Positions 57,257 to 64,000 of a DNA stretch of 64,000 nt are shown one piece after another. Positions within the stretch are counted from its first letter, which is position 1. The number at the start of each line of letters is the position of its first letter. The stretch spans positions 6,174 to 70,173 of the forward strand of contig JBIKNF010000009.1 of NCBI GenBank assembly GCA_044358835.1, given 5' to 3'. Under the pieces are notes generated by a model that was not told the DNA's origin, ran no database searches, and saw only the letters and a program-made list of their open reading frames with translations. This DNA is from Vampirovibrionales bacterium (GTDB lineage Bacteria; Cyanobacteriota; Vampirovibrionia; Vampirovibrionales; JAJTHC01). A program made the position numbers and the translations under genes.

Positions 57257-58735
57257 ATGCCCAAGTCCCCAAAGGGTTCTAAAACACCTGTGCATCACCC
57301 ATTTTGGTGGCCTTGGTTGCGTTTATTGAAGCAAGGCTACCGTCTACTGGCTTCCATGGAACTGGCGATTGTGTTATTGATTGCGTTGGCCGTTGCGTGC
57401 ATTATAGGGAGTTTGATGCCTCAAGAAACGCTCGTGAGTTTGGCGAACATTCAACGCCAATTTGGCGATGCCACGCCATACCTTAAAGCAATGGGCTTTT
57501 TTAATGTGTTTTACAGTCCGTGGTTTTTTAGTTTAGAAGCCCTGTTCTTTTTGTCGATCGTGTTGGGGTCTTTTCGTTGGTTGCGTCCGGCGTGGCGTTC
57601 AATTACGCTTAAAACACTCATGAATGCGACACATATTCAAAGTTGTTCAACGGGTCGTTCGCTTCGTCTTTCTCCTGCGGTGGCTCCGCCTGAAACCTTA
57701 GCCACTTTAACGTTGGCTTTAAAACAAGAAGGCTTTAGCCTGACCCCTTCAAACCCCAAACACCCATGGAGCCTGTACGCACAACGAGGCTGGCTTGGCC
57801 GTGTAGGCCCCATGATTACCCACTTAGGCATTGCCCTTACGCTTTTGGCCGCGTTGTACGGCGCCTTTAGTCAATTTACCGCCCAAGCCACGCTCAAGCC
57901 GAATGAATCCTTGTATTTAAGTGAAGCAGACTCCTTTCAAACGTCCATTAGTCCACCGTATTGGGTGGGGCGCATTCCTGAATGGAAGTTCAAGGTAATT
58001 GATTTTGAAATTGAGTTTCAATCCAAAGCCCCTTTAATCCCCAAGCAGTTTACGTCTACCTTGCAAATTTTAGATCCCCTCACGGGCGAAGTCTTGGCCG
58101 AAGGAAAAACATCTGTCAATCACCCTTTTGTGTATGACGGCGTGACGTTTTATCAGGCCCAATTTTCACCCACCACGTGGCATGACGTCCTCATCAATCA
58201 CGTCCCTTTACGACTAGATGCCTCTCAAACACTGGCGGGGCGTCCGTATGCGGTGCACCCTGTTGACGCTACCACGCGTTTGTTTATCTTTCCGCTTGGG
58301 CGTTTTACCGACGGCTTACCGCGTAATCGCTTGCATGTTTTGCTTGAACGTAACGGCGTGTTACAGGGGTATCAAAAAGGCTTTAGTGAAGCCAACAACA
58401 CGCTGGTTTCCCTTGCAGAAGGGGGTGCTGCCACGATGCTAGGGGGCCAAATTCTTCAATATAAAAAAGCGGTTATGGCCACAGGCTTGCAGATTAAATC
58501 CGCGCCGGAAACCCCCTTTTTATATGTGAGTCTTTTTATATTGGCCTTGGGCTGTGCATTGAGTTTTATACCACATTACCAGGTGTGGTTTGCCTTATAT
58601 TCTGAAGAAGGCGAAGGCAACTCCCCCCCCACAGAACTCTGGTATTACACCAAGTCCAAAAAGCGTGGCCACGCCCTAGAAGAGGCGTTGACCCGTTGCC
58701 TAGCCAAGATGCCTCGAGCCGTTCGAGACAGTTGA
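57257..58735 (+). CDS. ccs1: Cytochrome c biogenesis protein Ccs1/ResB (System II)
   Basis: N-terminal 'FWWPWLRLLKQGYRLLASMELAIVLLIALAVACIIGSLMPQ' is typical ResB. A large periplasmic domain and a C-terminal TM helix follow. 492 aa. Confidence 0.8.
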   Translation: MPKSPKGSKTPVHHPFWWPWLRLLKQGYRLLASMELAIVLLIALAVACIIGSLMPQETLVSLANIQRQFGDATPYLKAMGFFNVFYSPWFFSLEALFFLSIVLGSFRWLRPAWRSITLKTLMNATHIQSCSTGRSLRLSPAVAPPETLATLTLALKQEGFSLTPSNPKHPWSLYAQRGWLGRVGPMITHLGIALTLLAALYGAFSQFTAQATLKPNESLYLSEADSFQTSISPPYWVGRIPEWKFKVIDFEIEFQSKAPLIPKQFTSTLQILDPLTGEVLAEGKTSVNHPFVYDGVTFYQAQFSPTTWHDVLINHVPLRLDASQTLAGRPYAVHPVDATTRLFIFPLGRFTDGLPRNRLHVLLERNGVLQGYQKGFSEANNTLVSLAEGGAATMLGGQILQYKKAVMATGLQIKSAPETPFLYVSLFILALGCALSFIPHYQVWFALYSEEGEGNSPPTELWYYTKSKKRGHALEEALTRCLAKMPRAVRDS

Positions 58736-58796
58736 TAGTTCAATAGAGTGTTTTAAAGAGTTGCTCATTTTGGAGCGTAAACCCCGCGATTTTTGT

Positions 58797-58956
58797 TATA
58801 GAAGGCTCTGCGAAAGGGCGTTTTACTCCCTCTCCCTTAGGGAGAGGGTTGGGGTGAGGGATTCGGGATGCCCAATTATAGCTGGTGTCCCTCCTCCTAA
58901 CCTCCTCCCTAAGGGAGGAGGAACAAAGCAAAAAGACTTTCGCAGAGCCTTCTATA
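58797..58956. repeat. Dispersed palindromic repeat family, locus C: two units head-to-head
   Basis: Perfect 20-bp terminal inverted repeats: 'tatagaaggctctgcgaaag' at 58797..58816 and 'ctttcgcagagccttctata' at 58937..58956. Internal perfect palindromes at 58828..58848 ('ccctctccc tta gggagaggg') and 58901..58921 ('cctcctccc taa gggaggagg'). The core 'acaaagcaaaaagactttcgcagag' matches locus B. Confidence 0.75.
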
Positions 58957-59126
58957 GTATCCGATAGAGACTTTTCCCTCTATTCAGGGGGCTTCTGAAA
59001 AAATTAATCATTCCCTTTAGCAAAACGTGGTATACTCAATTTAGTTTAAAAGTTCAAGAAATACAGTTTCCCACCAAACAATCTCTTTCTACGTTTACCC
59101 CCCCCCCAGCTTCGGAGAACACTGCC

Positions 59127-59345
59127 ATGCATCCATTGCTTATTCCTTATTCATCCCACCCTCATAACACCTTTAGCCCAGTGACTGAATCAGCCCCTTT
59201 GAGCGAAAAACCCACGGTGCCTGAAAGTCTAAACAACCTAAGTAGTCAGGCTCGTAAAACAGGTGTGACTAATGTGTTTGATCGTTATAAACAGACGGTT
59301 TATGACACTTCGTTGTTTGTGGCGAGTGAGATTTTTTATAGCTAG
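59127..59345 (+). CDS. Small hypothetical ORF preceded by a C10 tract
   Basis: 72 aa. Weak. A C10 homopolymer at 59098..59107 lies 20 nt upstream. Confidence 0.25.
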   Translation: MHPLLIPYSSHPHNTFSPVTESAPLSEKPTVPESLNNLSSQARKTGVTNVFDRYKQTVYDTSLFVASEIFYS

Positions 59346-59401
59346 TGTTTATTGAACCAGTCAACGGCTTTTTCGTCATCAGTAGGCTTAGTTGAATGTT
59401 C

Positions 59402-59629
59402 TTAGAAATAGTAGCCTAAAATGAAGGACACCACAAAAAACACTCCGGCCGAGTATCGCGTCAGCGTATTTAAGGTGGTTTCAGTCCCGCGTTGGGTGGC
59501 GAAACTAGTGGTCATTCCCCCCATCACACCGGCCCCATCGCTTTTAGGGGAATGTAATAATACCAACAACACCACCAAACACCCACTCATGGCTTGAACA
59601 ATGAGTAAGGCGATATTGATCCATGACAT
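59402..59629 (-). CDS. secG: Preprotein translocase subunit SecG
   Basis: 75 aa, two TM helices. 'LLHSPKSDGAGVMGG' parallels E. coli 'LQQGKGADMGASFGAG'. 'TLTRYSAGVFFVVSFILG' parallels 'MTALLATLFFIISLVLG'. Confidence 0.7.
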   Translation of the reverse strand: MSWINIALLIVQAMSGCLVVLLVLLHSPKSDGAGVMGGMTTSFATQRGTETTLNTLTRYSAGVFFVVSFILGYYF

Positions 59630-59902
59630 GGGCGCATCCTCTATCGATTCAACAAACTAATATCCTGTATCATACCATAAAACGCACGTTGTGAATGAGG
59701 CATTGCACCAAAAAAACGAATTTTTAGCGTCTTGGTCATACAATTGTCATTTTTTGTCCTTCATTTGTTACATTTTTGTTACAAATTGAAGACAACCCTT
59801 GAATCGACATGCTATAATTAGCTGTACACACATTTTGAAGTTTTCTACTTAAGTTGTACTTTTCTTTTTTATTTACCATAAAATCGTTAAAGAGTTAATG
59901 TT

Positions 59903-60166
59903 ATGAACTATTTACAGTCGCTGGTTTACCCCAGTCAAATACCTCCAAATGGGGCTCATGCCCAACATAAAACATCTTCTCACGTCAAAAAAAATGATGC
60001 CGAGTCTTCTTCTGTGATGCCGAGATCTTCTGAAATTGGTGAAAAAAATATGGATATGCTTCAAGCGTGGGTCAGTGGCGGTTCTGTCACCATGGCAAAG
60101 CCTTCTGCCAAGGGCAAAAATGTCGCCCAAAAGAATGCTGGCCAGCGCCTCGACTTTTTTGGATAG
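59903..60166 (+). CDS. Small hypothetical protein
   Basis: 87-aa ORF. An extended -10 'tgctataat' lies at ~59808..59816. Confidence 0.3.
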   Translation: MNYLQSLVYPSQIPPNGAHAQHKTSSHVKKNDAESSSVMPRSSEIGEKNMDMLQAWVSGGSVTMAKPSAKGKNVAQKNAGQRLDFFG

Positions 60167-60276
60167 CACGCCTGTTCTGTAGCCAAGGCCTTTGGCACGT
60201 TTTCACGCCCCTGTAATGTGCACGTGTTACTTTAGCCATTGAGTTTAGAGCGATTAAGCTTAGCTATTAAATTCGC

Positions 60277-61524
60277 CTAAAACGAAGCCGTAATGCCCAA
60301 CGCCACTGCATTGGCGGACGCCCAACAGTGCTGAAAATTAAAGCCCCCTGTCATGCCATCCACATTTAATAGTTCACCCACCACATACAAATGGCGTTGG
60401 TGCTTGGCTTCTAAGTGTCGCAAATCTAAGTCGTTCGCCTCGACCCCTCCCGCTGTTACGAACTCTTCTTTAAAGATTCCCTTGCCTTCTACCTGCAAAG
60501 GCAGGTGATGAATCGCTTCTACCATTTGATTGAGTTCTTTTTTAGAAAGTTCGCCCCATTTTTTGTCTAAATCAATGTTGAACTGCGCTAAAATCAGGTG
60601 CCAATACCGCCAAGGTAAGGCGTCATGGGGTTTGATGTTTTTGACATCTCGCTTGGGGTGTTGCATTTGAATTGATTCTAACGCCAAGCGGGTGGCGTCT
60701 TGCCGTTGGGTTGAAAGGGCATCGACAAAAAGCGTTGCTCGATAATTGGAAGCCTTTAATTCCACTGCCGAACGCGCAGAAAGCTTCAGCACAGCAGGCC
60801 CACTCACCCCCCAATGCGTGAATAAAAAAGCCCCCTGTTGCTTAAAGGGTTTTGGGGCATTAGGGACTTTTAAGGTGAGGGAAACCTCTTCCACACTCAG
60901 GCCGGCACAGGCGTGAAGGCGAGAATCCTTGACGCAAAAGGTAAACAAGGAAGGCACCAAAGGCGTTAAATGTAAGCCTAAGCGTTGAGCCAGCTGATAC
61001 CCCTGTTCTTGAGAACCGCTTGCCAAGACGACCCGTTGGGCATGAAAGCACTGCTGGTGTTGAGTTTCCACTTCAAAGGCATTTTCAGCGGCATTCCACG
61101 TGGCGGAAACGGCGGTTTGATTGAAGTGAATCGTTACGCGATGCCGCTTGAGTTCACTTAAAAACACGTCAATAATTTCTTGAGAATCATGGCTTTTGGG
61201 GAAAACGCGCCCGTCGGCTTCCACCACTGTTTCAACCCCACGTTCCTTGAGCCATTGCATCATGTGACTGGGACGAAAGGCGTTGAGTTGGCCGTTGACT
61301 TGCTTATGCTGACGCGGGTAATGCTGAAGCAAAAAGGGCAGGTCATCTGAATAATGGGTGACATTACAACGCCCCCCGCCAGAAATTTTGACTTTTTGCA
61401 AGGGTTTGCTTTGCCGTTCAAGAATGGCGACCCTTAAGCTGGGGTCTTCTTCTTTAAGTCTTAAGGCGGTAAAGCAACCTGAAGCCCCTGCCCCGATGAT
61501 GAGAACGTCTAACATACGGTTCAC
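60277..61524 (-). CDS. HI0933/YhiN (BaiN)-family FAD-dependent oxidoreductase
   Basis: 'LDVLIIGAGASGCFTA' is the FAD fold. 'KISGGGRCNVTH' is the family hallmark. 415 aa. Confidence 0.85.
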   Translation of the reverse strand: MNRMLDVLIIGAGASGCFTALRLKEEDPSLRVAILERQSKPLQKVKISGGGRCNVTHYSDDLPFLLQHYPRQHKQVNGQLNAFRPSHMMQWLKERGVETVVEADGRVFPKSHDSQEIIDVFLSELKRHRVTIHFNQTAVSATWNAAENAFEVETQHQQCFHAQRVVLASGSQEQGYQLAQRLGLHLTPLVPSLFTFCVKDSRLHACAGLSVEEVSLTLKVPNAPKPFKQQGAFLFTHWGVSGPAVLKLSARSAVELKASNYRATLFVDALSTQRQDATRLALESIQMQHPKRDVKNIKPHDALPWRYWHLILAQFNIDLDKKWGELSKKELNQMVEAIHHLPLQVEGKGIFKEEFVTAGGVEANDLDLRHLEAKHQRHLYVVGELLNVDGMTGGFNFQHCWASANAVALGITASF

Positions 61525-62011
61525 CTGTTTTTAGGGCGTCTTTTTCGCAAAGCAATCGCCCTGTTTCTTTTAAAAAAGTAGCATAAACATGCTTTCTTCA
61601 CAAAGGGCTTTTTAGGGACTTGCGGTATGAGTTCACCCTTTGTTTAATTGCCATGAACGTTGCGTTTGTTTCAAAAAAGACGTATAACGTCTCAAAACGC
61701 AGTTTTTTTTGTTGATTTTATTTTATGCTTCTGTCACACTAATTGTATTGGAATGAAGCTATATTTAAAACTGGTGAAATGTTTACATTCACCCCTTTAA
61801 GGAAATGCCTTGATGTACGTTGATTTAATCCCATCGCTTTTTCGACGACGAAGTACCCCTGCACACGATTGCTAGGGTCGCTAAATCACTTTCTTAAGGT
61901 CACTTACCCTTATTTAACGGCTTTTTACTTACCGCAATAGATGTGCAGGACGACTCAACGACCCCCGTCGTATGGTTTTATGTCGCATCGTATTGTTAAG
62001 GAACGTATTGA

Positions 62012-63763
62012 ATGGGAATGCTCTCTTCCGCTTTATTTAATCCCGCCGTCGTCAATGGCCTGTATCAACTGACTAAAGAAAGGGCAGCGAGCCTCTTGGT
62101 GCGAGATGCCCTGATGAATTATGGTCAGGTGAGTGAAGCCAAGAAAGAAAACGAAGATTTAGCAAATGAAGTGAGCCTTAACGTATGGGGGGCTTGGGTG
62201 ACGTGGGGCAGTGGGTTTTTTCTACTTAAAAGCCTGTATTTTAATGCTCTAAACACCTTCTTGCCTTTTGCTAAACAGGCCGACAACTGGATTATGGAAG
62301 GTGATAAGGGTTGCCAACAACTAACGGATCAAAAAGCTAAGACCTATAGTCAAACACTTCGCACTCGTTTTACAGACAAGGAAGCTTCTGTGATTCAGCA
62401 AGCGGAAAAGCTGGCCCAAGGCTACGAAAAAATCACCACAAAAGACGCCCAAACCTTCTTAAAGCAAATGAATTTCGCGAAAATCGGAGGCATTCTTTTA
62501 CCGGGGGGCATTGCTGCCTTTTTAACAGGCTGGGTTATTCCGCAGGTTGCACATCACCGCACCAAGAAAAAGCTTCGTCAAAAAGCCGCTGAAATGCGTG
62601 CCGATGATTTTAAACAACAACAGTTGAACGCCACTGACGTCCTCGCTCAAGACGCGCCCTCTAAATCGTTGACGGCACAATGGCAACACGCCAACGCACT
62701 GCTTCACACAAATGCGGTGACTTCTGCCCGTCAAACGCGATTAAAACAACAGTTGGTTCAAGCACGGCTGGGTAAAACTTACGAACCCGTGATGCCTCGA
62801 AGTGCTGTGGTGAGTGTGGTGGATTATTTGAATAAAAACCCCAATATCACAAACCTACTACTAGTGGATTCCGTCATTACAGGGAGTAGAATTGGAACTG
62901 CAGAAGACAACAACGATCGCATTCGCTGGGCCACCTTTGAAGCCATTTTCTTGTATATGATGTATTTTGGTTCCGCCCAAGTGCGAGAAATGATTCAACA
63001 AGGGGTGATGGATCTGCCCAAAATTAAGGATCACGCCCTGCTCAAGAACTTAAACTATAACAGTTTGGCCGTGCTTCAGCGTTGTGCGCAACAAGGGGAA
63101 TCTCAGCCGAAGATGAACCAAGCCCTTGACAAAGCCCTTGCCGACTTTGAGATTACTGCTGATCAATTAAAAGAGATGGAAGCCGCCTTTGAACAATACA
63201 CTGCTCACCATACGCTGATGGCCAAAGAAAAAGAAGAAGTCTCTCAACAGAAGTTGAAAGTACTCATGGAACCGATTATAGAGTCGATTTCAACGCACAT
63301 GCAGAACCCTACCACCCTTTATAAGCCAAATGACAACGTGATTGTGGATCTGCTTATGAGTGAAGGGGTTATGCCCGTTCATCAAGAAGGCTTTTTCTCT
63401 GCCTTGACGCATGGTCGTTTGTTTAAGCCCACCATATTCGGGATTGATTTAACACAAGCCATGCCTGCCTTTGACGAAGCCCATGGTGAAAAAGGCGTGG
63501 CGAATGTGATTTACCGCTTGTCTCAATTGGCGAAAAAGGAATCCACCGGCATTGGGCATCAGGTGATGGCGTCTTATTTTGGGCATACGGTGGGCATTGT
63601 GGCAAGCCTTGTAGGGGGCTACTTGGTCATGGGGCGTTTGTCTCCTTGGGTACAGCGGTGGTTGTCTCACAAGGTTACAGGGCAAAGCCTTCCCAACCGT
63701 ATGGATATTAACAACTACACAGATGAAGGTGAACAACCCGCTGGCATCAATGCGCACGCCTAG
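62012..63763 (+). CDS. Hypothetical large membrane-associated protein
   Basis: 583 aa with several hydrophobic segments. No recognised family. Preceded by a 487-bp noncoding leader. Confidence 0.5.
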   Translation: MGMLSSALFNPAVVNGLYQLTKERAASLLVRDALMNYGQVSEAKKENEDLANEVSLNVWGAWVTWGSGFFLLKSLYFNALNTFLPFAKQADNWIMEGDKGCQQLTDQKAKTYSQTLRTRFTDKEASVIQQAEKLAQGYEKITTKDAQTFLKQMNFAKIGGILLPGGIAAFLTGWVIPQVAHHRTKKKLRQKAAEMRADDFKQQQLNATDVLAQDAPSKSLTAQWQHANALLHTNAVTSARQTRLKQQLVQARLGKTYEPVMPRSAVVSVVDYLNKNPNITNLLLVDSVITGSRIGTAEDNNDRIRWATFEAIFLYMMYFGSAQVREMIQQGVMDLPKIKDHALLKNLNYNSLAVLQRCAQQGESQPKMNQALDKALADFEITADQLKEMEAAFEQYTAHHTLMAKEKEEVSQQKLKVLMEPIIESISTHMQNPTTLYKPNDNVIVDLLMSEGVMPVHQEGFFSALTHGRLFKPTIFGIDLTQAMPAFDEAHGEKGVANVIYRLSQLAKKESTGIGHQVMASYFGHTVGIVASLVGGYLVMGRLSPWVQRWLSHKVTGQSLPNRMDINNYTDEGEQPAGINAHA

Positions 63764-63768
63764 AACAG

Positions 63769-64000
63769 CTACTTCAGCTGGTGCCAAACATCAGCATAGT
63801 CTTGGGTTTTGCCGTTTAGCTTGAAGGTGGAACCTTCTTGCGTCATCAAGTCATTACCCTGACCGTCAAAGTTTTGAGCGGTTTGGGTGGCGTTCGTTTT
63901 ACCCAAGTTGATTTCGCTAATGCCTAAATCAGCGAGGTTTTCATTCTTAGAATTGTAGCCTGCGGTTTTCATGGCGAGCTGGTACTTCTTTTGAAGAAGG
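63769..64000 (-). CDS. C-terminal fragment of a hypothetical protein running off the window edge
   Basis: Open frame from the window edge. C-terminal 'LGKTNATQTAQNFDGQGNDLMTQEGSTFKLNGKTQDYADVWHQLK'. Confidence 0.3.
   Translation of the reverse strand, partial: LLQKKYQLAMKTAGYNSKNENLADLGISEINLGKTNATQTAQNFDGQGNDLMTQEGSTFKLNGKTQDYADVWHQLK

Noticed and set aside
58740-58967. Two overlapping ~65-aa ORFs on opposite strands (58740..58931 - and 58761..58967 +)
   Set aside because: Both lie entirely inside the palindromic composite repeat element. Mirror-image ORFs on the two strands are the expected artefact of a long inverted repeat.
55800-59000. Considered whether the recurring palindromic repeats constitute a CRISPR array
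   Set aside because: The copies are at three separate loci, in mixed orientation, without regularly sized unique spacers and without cas genes. This is REP/MITE-like architecture, not CRISPR.

Overview
This window is a chromosomal segment of a ~50% GC, flagellated bacterium that I cannot assign to a species from sequence alone. Most of it is housekeeping genes on both strands: ybaB, secA, feoAB, uvrA, a futalosine-pathway radical-SAM enzyme, a tandem-GAF methyl-accepting chemotaxis protein, uvrD/pcrA, a CaCA antiporter, an FtsX-type ABC transporter, engB, sdhCAB, ubiX, a stand-alone C-terminal half of metH, pepP, fliW-csrA, flgM, punA, nagA, a cyclophilin, aroE, miaB, ahcY, rplS, a short flagellin, ccs1/resB, secG and a HI0933-family flavoprotein. 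There are three tRNAs: Val-TAC, Pro-GGG and Val-GAC. Between these sit several AT-rich orphan genes. These include an HExxH protein translationally coupled to a GC-rich conserved gene, a twin-arginine-signal protein, and a gene coupled to uvrA. There are also two type II toxin-antitoxin loci. One is a hicA-like plus hicB pair in which the antitoxin gene alone is bracketed by ~90-bp inverted repeats. The other is hipBA with three operator palindromes spaced 50 bp apart. A dispersed ~70-bp palindromic repeat family occurs at three intergenic loci, mostly as head-to-head inverted pairs. The window also carries an excess of long G/C homopolymer tracts, including G11, G9 and C10. The hicB cassette, the repeat family and the HExxH/conserved gene pair are the best candidates for undescribed biology.
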